Assembly (NCBI GenBank): GCA_944358525.1
Contig: CALVRI010000003.1
Span: 4,283 to 68,282, forward strand
Direction: 5' to 3'
DNA from: an uncultured Bacilli bacterium
Lineage (GTDB): Bacteria > Bacillota_I > Bacilli_A > RF39 > UBA660
Length of the DNA stretch: 64,000 nt
Every line of letters begins with the position of its first letter. Position 1 is the first letter of the stretch. The notes beneath the pieces are model-generated. The model searched no databases, was not told the origin of the DNA, and worked only from the letters and a program-made list of their open reading frames with translations. The position numbers and the translations under genes are program-made. Below are positions 55,071 to 64,000 of the stretch, in pieces.

Positions 55071-55964
55071 GTGATGAAAATGAATTACTATAATGAAATA
55101 AAAGAAACTTTAGTTAAAAACGAAATATATAAAAAGGTCAAAGATTATTCTAAAAATAAAAGTGATTTAAAAGCTTATTTTGAAGTTGGTAGATTAATAG
55201 TTGAAGCTCAGGGCGGAGAAAAGAGAGCTAAATACGGAAATAAGCTAATTAAAGAGTATTCAGAAAGATTAACTAGAGAATTAGGTAAGGGTTATACAGA
55301 AAGAAATTTGCGTAATATGAGAAATTTTTACAATAAATTTAAAAAGTGGCACACAGTGTGTGCCGAATTGAGTTGGAGTCATTATAGGTGTTTATTGTCT
55401 ATTGATGATGATAATGAGTTTAATTATTATGTTATGATTGTTAAAAAATTTAATTTATCAGTTAGGGAATTACTTGAAAGAATAAAATCAAAAGAATATG
55501 AAAGAATTGGATTTAAAGAAGAATTAGAAGAGCCTAAAATAAACACTTTAATTAAAAATCCAATAATGATAAAAGTGGGTGATAAAAACAAAAAATTAAG
55601 TGAATATGCTCTGCACCACTCCATTTTAGAAAATATGGATGATTTTTTAAAAGAGCTTGGCATTGGTTTTGCTTATATTGGTAGTGAAGTAAAAATTAAA
55701 ATAGGTAATAATTATCATTATATTGATTTTTTACTTTTTAATTATAAATTTAATTGTTTTGTTGTAGTGGAATTAAAGGTTACAGAATTTAAAGCTGAAT
55801 ATATTGGACAAATAATAAAATATATGAATTATGTTGATAAAAATATTAAAGAGTTAGTTAACGATAAAACAGTAGGTGTGGTCATATGTAAGAAAGACAA
55901 TAAGTATGTTTTAGAGTACTGCACAGATGATAGAATTTTTACGACAACTTATAAAGTGAAATGA
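55071..55964 (+). CDS. YhcG/DUF1016-type PD-(D/E)xK nuclease family protein, copy 1
   Basis: The C-terminal core is YHYIDFLLFNYKFNCFVVVELK (D...ExK). The overall layout is like YhcG. Confidence 0.65.
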   Translation: MMKMNYYNEIKETLVKNEIYKKVKDYSKNKSDLKAYFEVGRLIVEAQGGEKRAKYGNKLIKEYSERLTRELGKGYTERNLRNMRNFYNKFKKWHTVCAELSWSHYRCLLSIDDDNEFNYYVMIVKKFNLSVRELLERIKSKEYERIGFKEELEEPKINTLIKNPIMIKVGDKNKKLSEYALHHSILENMDDFLKELGIGFAYIGSEVKIKIGNNYHYIDFLLFNYKFNCFVVVELKVTEFKAEYIGQIIKYMNYVDKNIKELVNDKTVGVVICKKDNKYVLEYCTDDRIFTTTYKVK

Positions 55965-56863
55965 AGGAAGTGATCAAAACGAATTATTATGATGAAATAA
56001 AAGAAACTTTAGTTAAAAACGAAATATATAAAAAGGTCAAAGATTATTCTAAAAATAAAAGTGATTTAAAAGCTTATTTTGAAGTTGGTAGATTAATAGT
56101 TGAAGCTCAGGGCGGAGAAAAGAGAGCTAAATACGGAAATAAGCTAATTAAAGAGTATTCAGAAAGATTAACTAGAGAATTAGGAAAAGGATACAAAGTA
56201 TCTAATTTAAAAAATATGCGCCAGTTTTATTTGATTTTTAAGAAATGCCAAGCACTGCCTGGCGAATTAACTTGGAGTCATTATATAGAACTGATTCGCC
56301 TTAATAGTATGAAAGAGATTGATTATTATATTTATATAACTCAAGTTCAAAACCTATCATATCGCGAGTTACATGAAAGAATAAAATCAAAAGAATATGA
56401 AAGAATTGGATTTAAAGAAGAGTTAGAAAAACCTAAAATAAATACTTTAATTGAAAATCCAATAATGATAAAAGTTAAAAATAAAAATGAAAGATTAAGT
56501 GAATATGCTTTACATAGTTCAATTTTAGAAAACATGGATGATTTTTTAGTGGAATTAGGTATAGGTTTTACATATGTAGGTAGTGAAGTAAAAATTAAAA
56601 TAGGGGATAATTATCACTACATTGATTTTTTACTTTTTAATTATAAATTTAATTGCTTTGTTGTAGTGGAGTTAAAGGTTACAGAATTTAAAGCTGAATA
56701 TATTGGGCAGATTACAAAATATATAAATTATGTAGATAAAAATATTAAAGAGTTATTTAACGATAAAACTGTAGGTGTGGTTATATGTAAGAAAGAAAAT
56801 AGATTTATTATGGAATACTGCAGTGATAACAGAATTTTTACTACTACGTATAAAATGAAATAA
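55961..56863 (+). CDS. YhcG/DUF1016-type PD-(D/E)xK nuclease family protein, copy 2
   Basis: Paralogue of copy 1 with the same D...ExK core. 4-nt overlap with copy 1. Confidence 0.65.
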   Translation: MKEVIKTNYYDEIKETLVKNEIYKKVKDYSKNKSDLKAYFEVGRLIVEAQGGEKRAKYGNKLIKEYSERLTRELGKGYKVSNLKNMRQFYLIFKKCQALPGELTWSHYIELIRLNSMKEIDYYIYITQVQNLSYRELHERIKSKEYERIGFKEELEKPKINTLIENPIMIKVKNKNERLSEYALHSSILENMDDFLVELGIGFTYVGSEVKIKIGDNYHYIDFLLFNYKFNCFVVVELKVTEFKAEYIGQITKYINYVDKNIKELFNDKTVGVVICKKENRFIMEYCSDNRIFTTTYKMK

Positions 56864-56912
56864 AAAAAAGGAAATCCAGTTTTTTTGTCGTATGTTTTAT
56901 ATAGAGGTGAAT

Positions 56913-57608
56913 ATGATGGAAATATTAAATGTAAAAAAATTATGTAAAACATATGGAAAGGATAAAAATGAATTTTTAGCTTTGAATGATGTTTCAATCA
57001 GAGTAAAAAAAGGAGAATTTATTGCTATTGTTGGAAAAAGCGGAAGTGGGAAAAGTACTTTACTTCATTTGCTTGGGGGATTAGATAAACCGAGTAGTGG
57101 AAGTGTTATTATCAATAATCAAGATATTTATAATATGTCTGATAAAGATCTTACGGTATTTAGAAGAAAATATATTGGTATTGTTTATCAATTTTATAAT
57201 TTGATTCCCGCTTTAAATGTTAAGGAGAATATATTACTTCCAGCTTTATTTGATGGTAGAAATATTAGTGATAAAAGGTTAAATGATTTGGTGAAAAGTT
57301 TGGGTTTGGTTAATAAATTAGAATTTTATCCGAATGATTTATCAGGGGGTGAGCAACAACGTACAGCTATTGGTAGAGCTTTAATTAATCACCCAAAATT
57401 ATTACTTGCGGATGAACCAACTGGTAATTTAGATAGTAGAAATAGTAAATATGTTATGAAGTTATTAGAATTTTATAATAAAAAATATAGGCAGACTATT
57501 ATTATGGTTACTCATGATATGGGTTTAGCTAAAAGAGCTAGTAGAATAATTACTATGCATGATGGCAAAATTATAAAGGATGAAATAAATGATAAAATTA
57601 AGTCTTAA
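56913..57608 (+). CDS. ABC transporter ATP-binding protein (MacB/FtsE-like)
   Basis: Walker A GKSGSGKST, signature LSGGEQQR, and Walker B LLLADEPT. The ATG at 56913 follows AGAGGTGA. Confidence 0.9.
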   Translation: MMEILNVKKLCKTYGKDKNEFLALNDVSIRVKKGEFIAIVGKSGSGKSTLLHLLGGLDKPSSGSVIINNQDIYNMSDKDLTVFRRKYIGIVYQFYNLIPALNVKENILLPALFDGRNISDKRLNDLVKSLGLVNKLEFYPNDLSGGEQQRTAIGRALINHPKLLLADEPTGNLDSRNSKYVMKLLEFYNKKYRQTIIMVTHDMGLAKRASRIITMHDGKIIKDEINDKIKS

Positions 57609-59532
57609 TTATTTAAGAAAAAATCCAAAGCAAACTTTGACTATATTTTTGGGAATTATTTTAGCTAGTATGACACTTTTTAGTGTAGGAATATTGTTTT
57701 CTTCTTTTAGAGAATATTTAATTTCAAAAGTTACAAAGGAAAGTGATTATCATGTGAAGATTCAAGGTGATTTAAATGGATATCATGATAAAAAAATTAA
57801 ATCTTTGAAGTATTTAGATTCCTTTTATTTTATAAAGTTTGAAAACATTTATGAAACTTTTGATTTGACTGAAAATATATGTGATAAAAAAGAATGTTTA
57901 AATATTGTTTATAATAACGAGTTACTTTCTTTATATGGAATTGGTGATAATGATTATATAGATTTATTTAAAGAACTTATTTTTGCAATAGTTTTTGTTT
58001 TAGCTATTTCGGTATTTTTTATTATATATAATTCTTTTCAAATATCATTTAGTAAAAGAAGAAGAGATACTATTTTGCTTAAGGCGATTGGTATTAGTGA
58101 TAATCAGTTATATAAGATATCTTTATTTGAAAGTGTAGTTTACCTTTTTTTAGGAATCTTTTTAGGTTTTGGTTTAAGTATATTACTTAATTATGGAATT
58201 ATAAATGTAATTAATAATTTACTTTCTGAAGTTTTAGGTAGTAATATCGTGCTATCTTTATATGCTCCTTTTATTTTTATTCCTTTAGCTTTTGTAATTT
58301 TAATTGTGCTTTTGTCTTCTTTATTACCGCTTTTGAAAATAAAAAAATATAAGATAATGGAACTTTTTAGGAATAATAATGAAAATATAAACTGTATAAG
58401 TAAAATAAAAAACCCTCTTTTAAATTTTGCTTATATTAATTATGAGAGAAATAAGAAGAAATATCGGGGGTTAATTTTATGTGTATTTATAATAATTATT
58501 TTGTTTAATATGTTTTTAAGACTTACAGATTATACAATAAAAATATTGGATGAATATGTTAGTATACCAGAATATGATGTGAGGATATTTAGTAATATGA
58601 GTGACTATTCTAAATTAGATGATTTGGTTTCATATTTATCTGCAAGTGATAAAAATATATTTAGAAGTTGTGAGAAGGTGGTTACAATTTCTAAGGATAA
58701 TTATAATAGGGGATATAAGGATAATATGGGTGTTTTAGTGACTGATTTGGGTGGTAATTCAGTTATTAATTTGGTGAATGATACTTTATCTCAAGGTGAA
58801 AAAATGACTAAAGTAAATTATAGGATATTTAATAAATTAAATGAAATTACTTTATCTAATGGGGTTATGATAAATGATATTAATTTAACTGAAGATGTTC
58901 CATTTGGTTTTGAAAATGAATTAATTCAGGGAAGAATTATTTTAAATTTAAATAAGGATAAGTTTGATGAAGTATGTCCCGTTTATAGTGGTAATGCTTT
59001 GATTAAGACAAATGTAAATAAGATTGATGATAAAGTTTTAAAATATTTTAGAAAAAATAATTTTGGTGATGTCAGTTATACAAATGTTAAAAAGGTTTAT
59101 GAAATAATGAATAATTTTGTTTTAATTATTAAATTGTTTACTATTTTTTGTGTTGGCATTGTGAGTTTAATTTCTGTTTTTACTATATGTAATATTGTGT
59201 CGGCTAATATTAAATTTAGAAGAAGAGAGTTTGCTACATTAAAGGTATTAGGTTTTACTAATTTTAAGATTGGATTATGTTTGCTTTTTGAGTGTTTGAT
59301 TATATGTGGCAAAGGAGCTTTATATTCATTTCCGTTTATTTTGCTTATAAGTAATTTTTTATATAAAAATTTAGGAATGTTTTTTGAAATTAATGTAAAA
59401 GTTTTTAATTATGAATTATTTATTTTGAGTTTTGTTATTTGTTTTTTAATAATCTTTATTTGTATGTTTTTTAGTCATTTAAATTTGTATAAGAATACTT
59501 TAATTAGTAATATAAAGTGCGATAATATTTAA
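57589..59532 (+). CDS. FtsX-family ABC transporter permease (BceB-like size)
   Basis: 647 aa with two FtsX-type 4-helix bundles separated by a large extracytoplasmic domain. Overlaps the ATPase gene. Confidence 0.75.
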   Translation: MIKLSLNYLRKNPKQTLTIFLGIILASMTLFSVGILFSSFREYLISKVTKESDYHVKIQGDLNGYHDKKIKSLKYLDSFYFIKFENIYETFDLTENICDKKECLNIVYNNELLSLYGIGDNDYIDLFKELIFAIVFVLAISVFFIIYNSFQISFSKRRRDTILLKAIGISDNQLYKISLFESVVYLFLGIFLGFGLSILLNYGIINVINNLLSEVLGSNIVLSLYAPFIFIPLAFVILIVLLSSLLPLLKIKKYKIMELFRNNNENINCISKIKNPLLNFAYINYERNKKKYRGLILCVFIIIILFNMFLRLTDYTIKILDEYVSIPEYDVRIFSNMSDYSKLDDLVSYLSASDKNIFRSCEKVVTISKDNYNRGYKDNMGVLVTDLGGNSVINLVNDTLSQGEKMTKVNYRIFNKLNEITLSNGVMINDINLTEDVPFGFENELIQGRIILNLNKDKFDEVCPVYSGNALIKTNVNKIDDKVLKYFRKNNFGDVSYTNVKKVYEIMNNFVLIIKLFTIFCVGIVSLISVFTICNIVSANIKFRRREFATLKVLGFTNFKIGLCLLFECLIICGKGALYSFPFILLISNFLYKNLGMFFEINVKVFNYELFILSFVICFLIIFICMFFSHLNLYKNTLISNIKCDNI

Positions 59533-59594
59533 TTTGTTAAATTGCTTGCGATAACATATAATTATGTATATAATTAGATTAAGGATGTGATTAT

Positions 59595-60686
59595 ATGCGA
59601 GTTATAATTAGTGCGGGTGGAACAGGTGGACATATTTATCCTGCTTTAGCTATAATTAATAAAATTAAGGAAAAAGAACCTGATAGTGAATTTTTATATA
59701 TAGGAACTCATAATAGAATGGAAAAAGATATTGTTCCATCTAAAGGTATTCCTTTTAAATCAATTGAAATGTATGGATTTAGTAAAAAGATATTTAAGAA
59801 TTTTAAAACTATTAAATGTTTATTTAAAGCTTTTAGTGAGTGTAAGAAGATAATAAAAGAATTTAATCCTGATATTGTAATTGGAGTTGGAGGATATGTG
59901 ACAGTTCCAGTTATTATAAGTGCTCATAAGTTAGGTTATAAAACATTTTTACATGAACAAAACTCTTTACCTGGTAAGTCTAATAGGTTTTTAAGTAAAT
60001 ATTCTGATTTGGTTGGGGTTTCTTTTGAATCATCTTTGGATAAATTTCCAGAAGGTAAAGCTGTAGTTACTGGTAACCCTTGTAGTGAAGATGCTTTGAG
60101 TGCTCCTGTTTTACTTAAATCTACTTTAGGTCTTTCAGCTACTAAAAAGTTAGTTTTAATTGTTATGGGTTCTTTAGGTGCCGGCAGGGTTAGTAGGTAT
60201 TTAGAAGGTGAGCTTAATAAATTTGAAGGAAAAGATTATGAGGTTTTATTTGTAACTGGTAAGGGTTCTTATGATGAAGTTATGAAACATAGTTATCCTA
60301 AAAATGTTAAAGTAATTTCATTTTACGAGGGTTTAACTTCAGTTATGAAAAAAACTGATGTGATGGTATCTAGAGCAGGAGCTTCTACTTTGAGTGAAAT
60401 TATTGCTTTAGAAGTTCCAACGATTTTAATTCCATCACCTTATGTAGCAAATAATCATCAATATTTAAATGCTTTAGATTTGATTAATAATAATGCGGCT
60501 TTGATGATAGAAGAAAAATCTTTAGAGGAGGGCCTTTTATCAGATACTGTTGATAAACTTATTAATGATGATAAAAAAATCTTAGAGATTAAAAATAATT
60601 TAAAAAATATGCAGGTGAAGGATAGTGCTTCGGTTATATATGAAAATATAAAGAAAGTAGTTTTAGAAAATGGAAAAAATAAATAA
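59595..60686 (+). CDS. murG: UDP-N-acetylglucosamine--N-acetylmuramyl-(pentapeptide) pyrophosphoryl-undecaprenol GlcNAc transferase
   Basis: ISAGGTGGHIYPALA, HEQN, and SRAGASTLSEI. Confidence 0.9.
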   Translation: MRVIISAGGTGGHIYPALAIINKIKEKEPDSEFLYIGTHNRMEKDIVPSKGIPFKSIEMYGFSKKIFKNFKTIKCLFKAFSECKKIIKEFNPDIVIGVGGYVTVPVIISAHKLGYKTFLHEQNSLPGKSNRFLSKYSDLVGVSFESSLDKFPEGKAVVTGNPCSEDALSAPVLLKSTLGLSATKKLVLIVMGSLGAGRVSRYLEGELNKFEGKDYEVLFVTGKGSYDEVMKHSYPKNVKVISFYEGLTSVMKKTDVMVSRAGASTLSEIIALEVPTILIPSPYVANNHQYLNALDLINNNAALMIEEKSLEEGLLSDTVDKLINDDKKILEIKNNLKNMQVKDSASVIYENIKKVVLENGKNK

Positions 60687-61524
60687 TGCGGATATTAGGA
60701 AATATACAACTTATAAATTAGAAGGAAAGGTAAAAGCTATTTATTTTCCTTCTGATGTTTTAGAATTAAAAGAATTAATTAGTGATTTTAAAGATAAAAA
60801 GATCAAATACAAAGTTATAGGTAATGGTTCTAATTTGATTATAAGTCCTAATTATGATGGTGTTTTGATTAAATTAGAAAAATTTGATAAACTTAATATT
60901 AATGGTAATATAGTTAAAGTGGGTTCTGGTTATATGCTTCCCAAACTTGCTTTAGAATGTGCCTATAATGGTTTGAGTGGGTTAGAGTTCGCATCTACTA
61001 TTCCAGCAACGGTTGGTGGAGCTGTTTATCAAAATGCGGGAGCTTATGGCTTTTCGATTGATAATATAATTAAGGAAGTTTCTGTTTTAGATGATAATAA
61101 TGAGATAATTACTTTATATAAAGAAGATTTAGATTTTGGTTATCGTGACAGTATTTTTAAACATAAAAAATTTATTTGTTTAGAAGTAACTTTAGAACTG
61201 AAAGAAGGAAATTCTGAGGATATTTTGAAAAAGTTGAAAGAAAACTTGGAAAGTAGAAAAGAAAAACAACCGTTAGAATATCCATCAGCTGGCTCTGTAT
61301 TTCGCAATCCTTTAGGTTATAGTGCGGGAAAATTAATTGAGGATACAGGACTTAAAGGATATAGAGTTGGTGATGCGATGGTTTCTTATAAACATGCGAA
61401 TTTTATTGTTAATGTAGGACATGCAACTAGTGAAGATGTATTAAAACTAATTAAATTAATTCAAGATAAAGTAAAAGAAAAAACAGGGATTTTATTAGAA
61501 ACTGAACAAGAATTTATAGAATAA
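60670..61524 (+). CDS. murB: UDP-N-acetylenolpyruvoylglucosamine reductase
   Basis: FAD-binding GNGSNLI, PSAGSVFRNP, and SYKHANFIVN. Confidence 0.9.
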   Translation: MEKINNADIRKYTTYKLEGKVKAIYFPSDVLELKELISDFKDKKIKYKVIGNGSNLIISPNYDGVLIKLEKFDKLNINGNIVKVGSGYMLPKLALECAYNGLSGLEFASTIPATVGGAVYQNAGAYGFSIDNIIKEVSVLDDNNEIITLYKEDLDFGYRDSIFKHKKFICLEVTLELKEGNSEDILKKLKENLESRKEKQPLEYPSAGSVFRNPLGYSAGKLIEDTGLKGYRVGDAMVSYKHANFIVNVGHATSEDVLKLIKLIQDKVKEKTGILLETEQEFIE

Positions 61525-61537
61525 AAAGGTGATATTG

Positions 61538-62212
61538 ATGGCACGTAAGGTTAGGAAAAAGAGAAAAATAAAAGTTAAAAATGTTTTATTAGTATTATTA
61601 TTTTTTATAATTATTCTTTTAGGACTGGCTTTTTTAACTGATGTGAAGATAAATAATATTGTGATTAAAGGAAATACTTTTTATAGCGACTGGGAAATTA
61701 TTGAAAAAGCTGGGCTTGATGATTATCCTAGCAGTTTAAAGACACTTTCTAGAAGTATTGAAAAAAGATTGGAAGAGGATGATTATATTAAAAATGTGGA
61801 TGTTGAGAGGCCTAGTTTAACTAAAGTAGTAATTGAGATTGAAGAAAATTTACCTTTATTTTATTATTTGCCGGCACAGAAGACAATTCTAGCTGATGAG
61901 AAAGAGGTTAGTGATAATTTTCCAGTACCAACGGTTATTAATTATGTGCCTGATAAAATTTATACTAAGTTTTTAAAAGCTATTTCTTCTGTTAATTATG
62001 ACATTGTTAAGAGAATATCTGAAATAAGATATGATCCGAATGAAGTTGATGAGGGAAGATTTTTCTTAACAATGAATGATGGTAATCAAGTTTACTTAAC
62101 TCTGAATAAATTTACTAAAATAGATAATTATTTAGATATAATTAAAGAGTTTGATAATAAAAAAGGAATTTTATATTTAGATTCTGGAGAATATTTTGAG
62201 GTTAAAAGCTAA
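61538..62212 (+). CDS. ftsQ: cell division protein FtsQ/DivIB
   Basis: Basic N-terminus, a single TM helix and a POTRA-like IVIKGNTFYSDWEI. Positioned between murB and ftsA. Confidence 0.75.
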   Translation: MARKVRKKRKIKVKNVLLVLLFFIIILLGLAFLTDVKINNIVIKGNTFYSDWEIIEKAGLDDYPSSLKTLSRSIEKRLEEDDYIKNVDVERPSLTKVVIEIEENLPLFYYLPAQKTILADEKEVSDNFPVPTVINYVPDKIYTKFLKAISSVNYDIVKRISEIRYDPNEVDEGRFFLTMNDGNQVYLTLNKFTKIDNYLDIIKEFDNKKGILYLDSGEYFEVKS

Positions 62213-62317
62213 AAAATATTCTTTTTTGGCTTAAAAAATTTAAATTGGGTTTACATTTTCTTTTCAATAAGGTAAAATTATAGTATAATTAATGATAGAC
62301 CGTAGGAGGATGATGTT

Positions 62318-63544
62318 ATGGAGCATGTTTATGCGAGTATTGATATTGGTTCTGATTCCATCAAACTTGTAGTATGTGAGCTTTATCAAAATCATTTAAA
62401 TTTACTTGCAGCAACTTCAACACCTTCTAGGGGAATAAAAAAGGGTTTAATAGTAGAGCCAGAGTTGGCTAAAACTTCGATATTACTTGCATTTAAACAA
62501 GTTGAAGAAATGCTTGGAATAAAAATTAAAAAAGTTATTGCAAATATTCCAAATCATATGGCTGAATATAAAATTATTAAAGGTGAATGTGATATTCCAG
62601 GTGATTTAATTACTTCCCATGATATGATAAATTCTTACAAGGCAGGTATTAAAGCTAATATGATGCCTAATGAGGAGTTTGTGACGGTTGTACCTATAGA
62701 TTTTAAAATAAATGGTAAAACGGTAATGAAAGATCCCAAAGGTTTTCCTGGTAAGAAATTAATGGGGAGAGCTATGATGGTTACAACTCCAAAGAAAAAT
62801 GTTTATTCAGTGGCTAGTATAATTGAAAGCTTAGGAGTAGAAATTGTCGATATTTCAGTTGGAAGTATTGGTGATATTAATTGTTTTAGGAATGAAAATT
62901 TGGATAAAAATATTAGTGCTGTTATAAATGTTGGTTCAGATATTACAGAAGTATCTTTGTATAATAAAAGTATACCTGTTAGTACTAAGATTATTGGTGC
63001 TGGCGGCAATGATATTGATAAGGATTTAGCTTATATGTATAAGATAGATGTTAAGGAAGCGAGGAAAATAAAGGAAAACTTTGCTTTGGCTAGTAAGAGA
63101 AATGCTGATGTGTCAGATGTTTATGAAATAGTTAATAATGATAATGTAAAGATTAAAATTAATCAAAAAGCTGTTTCTGAAGTGGTGGAATCTCGCATTA
63201 ATGAAATACTTTCTTTAGCAAAAGATGAATTAAATGACTTAACAAATAAACCAATTCAGTATATAATAGTAACTGGTGGCAGTACAAATATGCTAGATTT
63301 TGAATATTGTATGCATGATGTTTTACCAAATGCAAGTAAAGGAGCAGTAAAATTAATAGGTGTTAGAAATAATAAATATAGTACCGCTATTGGAAATATT
63401 ATTTATTTTCTAAATACATTAAAATTAAAAGGAATGAATTATTCAATGTTTAGTGAAGATGATATGGAAGAACTTTCTTCACCTAAAGAATCTAACGATG
63501 ATACAATGTTGGGAAAAGTATTTGGGTACTTTTTCGGCGAATAG
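62318..63544 (+). CDS. ftsA: cell division protein FtsA
   Basis: Actin-fold phosphate loops ASIDIGSDSIK and VINVGSDITEV, and VTGGSTNM. C-terminal amphipathic helix. Confidence 0.9.
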   Translation: MEHVYASIDIGSDSIKLVVCELYQNHLNLLAATSTPSRGIKKGLIVEPELAKTSILLAFKQVEEMLGIKIKKVIANIPNHMAEYKIIKGECDIPGDLITSHDMINSYKAGIKANMMPNEEFVTVVPIDFKINGKTVMKDPKGFPGKKLMGRAMMVTTPKKNVYSVASIIESLGVEIVDISVGSIGDINCFRNENLDKNISAVINVGSDITEVSLYNKSIPVSTKIIGAGGNDIDKDLAYMYKIDVKEARKIKENFALASKRNADVSDVYEIVNNDNVKIKINQKAVSEVVESRINEILSLAKDELNDLTNKPIQYIIVTGGSTNMLDFEYCMHDVLPNASKGAVKLIGVRNNKYSTAIGNIIYFLNTLKLKGMNYSMFSEDDMEELSSPKESNDDTMLGKVFGYFFGE

Positions 63545-63556
63545 GAGGAAATTAAT

Positions 63557-64000
63557 ATGATGGGAATTGAAATGGATCAGTTAGCAAAAATAAAAGTAAT
63601 AGGTGTTGGGGGCGGTGGCTGCAATGCAGTTAATCGAATGATAGAATCAGTTGAAGGAGTAGAGTTTATAGTTGCAAATACTGACTCACAAGTTCTTAAT
63701 AACTCTTTAGCTGAAAATAAAATTCAAATAGGAGCAGAACTTACGCATGGACTTGGTGCGGGAGCTAATCCACAAATTGGTAAAGAAGCTGCACTAGAAT
63801 CTAAAACAGAATTAGAGGAAGCTTTAAAGGGTGCAGATATGGTATTCATTACTTGTGGTATGGGCGGTGGAACTGGTACTGGTGCTGCGCCGGTAATAGC
63901 TGATATTGCCCAAAACTCTGGAGCTTTAACAATTGGTATTGTTACTAAACCATTCTCTTTTGAAGGTAAAAAAAGAATGTCTCAAGCTTTAGAGGGTATA
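63557..64000 (+). CDS. ftsZ: cell division GTPase FtsZ (3' end beyond window)
   Basis: [17 protein letters not shown] and the tubulin signature [21 protein letters not shown]. The frame is open to the window end. Confidence 0.95.
   Translation, partial: MMGIEMDQLAKIKVIGVGGGGCNAVNRMIESVEGVEFIVANTDSQVLNNSLAENKIQIGAELTHGLGAGANPQIGKEAALESKTELEEALKGADMVFITCGMGGGTGTGAAPVIADIAQNSGALTIGIVTKPFSFEGKKRMSQALEGI

Noticed and set aside
56892-56912. The tracked start at 56892 for the ABC ATPase (MFYIEVN...).
   Set aside because: This segment is part of the repeated leader tcgtatgttttatatag, which at its other copy (55054-55070) contains an in-frame stop. The ATG at 56913 follows a proper AGAGGTGA RBS and gives the usual MEILNVKKL... 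N-terminus.
6068-63009. About 30 short ORFs (62-108 aa) in the supplied track lie inside longer genes, either antisense or in another frame. Examples are 6068-6268(-), 7559-7753, 9805-10050, 12098-12331, 13180-13389(-), 13490-13765(-), 18747-18935(-), 20647-20919(-), 24145-24396(-), 24833-25051(-), 27107-27298(-), 29298-29534(-), 30477-30686(-), 31383-31583(-), 32863-33126(-), 33583-33771(-), 34264-34500(-), 35769-36008(-), 40276-40524(-), 41200-41448(-), 41301-41492, 44456-44737(-), 45173-45499(-), 45198-45398, 45724-45948(-), 47696-47887, 51852-52049, 55427-55663(-), 56347-56535(-), 56728-56997(-), 59097-59312(-) and 62803-63009(-).
   Set aside because: They are fully embedded in longer ORFs that carry clear family motifs. 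They lack Shine-Dalgarno sequences and have the Ile/Leu/Phe/Ser/Lys-rich composition expected from random open frames in very AT-rich DNA.
1-64000. CRISPR arrays, rRNA genes, IS elements/transposases, group II introns, retron-type reverse transcriptases.
   Set aside because: No regularly spaced direct repeats, no rRNA-like conserved segments, and no DDE/transposase or RT motifs were seen in any ORF. The only recombinase is the ICE serine recombinase.

Overview
This is a very AT-rich, low-GC Firmicute (Bacillota) chromosomal segment. About two thirds of it is a single integrative conjugative element (ICE) of roughly 43.8 kb, at nt 2193-45988. The ICE is inserted inside the coding sequence of an Amidase_3/LysM cell-wall hydrolase gene. 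The first 12 codons of that gene sit at 2157-2192 and the rest resumes in frame at 45989. Both junctions share GGTCAT, and rejoining them restores the canonical DAGHGGTDPGA amidase motif.

The ICE contains, in order:
- ParA/ParB partition genes.
- A thioester-type surface adhesin with its own sortase.
- An SSB-centred block of small genes.
- A MobC/MOBP-type relaxase module.
- A Tn1549/CTn-like Gram-positive type IV secretion set: VirD4-like coupling protein, Maff2, VirB6-like, PrgI, VirB4-like ATPase and a CHAP hydrolase.
- Two XRE repressors.
- An uncharacterised four-gene, translationally coupled module (22517-24427).
- A 17-gene cytoplasmic biosynthetic cargo operon (24543-41182).
- A membrane-anchored Cys-rich/ankyrin protein.
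- A sigma-like regulator behind stacked terminators.
- A terminal large serine recombinase.

The cargo operon is my best candidate for an undescribed system. It combines Ugd, several glycosyltransferases, two HprK-like P-loop proteins, a carrier-less acyl-AMP ligase and two alpha/beta hydrolases. It also has a divergent AdoHcy-hydrolase-fold protein, oxidoreductases, HAD and PHP phosphatases and an APH-like kinase. It has no export, polymerase or priming genes.

The host flanks are ordinary. Left of the ICE are a YcaO C-terminal fragment, a nucleotidyltransferase-fold gene and thiE. Right of it are a polysaccharide deacetylase, a PMM/PGM, one tRNA, CorA, an SDR, an ArsR/P-type ATPase pair, two tandem YhcG-type PD-(D/E)xK nuclease paralogues flanked by direct repeats, and an FtsX-type ABC exporter. 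The window ends with the dcw genes murG-murB-ftsQ-ftsA-ftsZ (ftsZ truncated by the window end). I saw no CRISPR array, rRNA or IS transposase. All functional calls come from reading motifs in the translated ORFs; no database search was possible.
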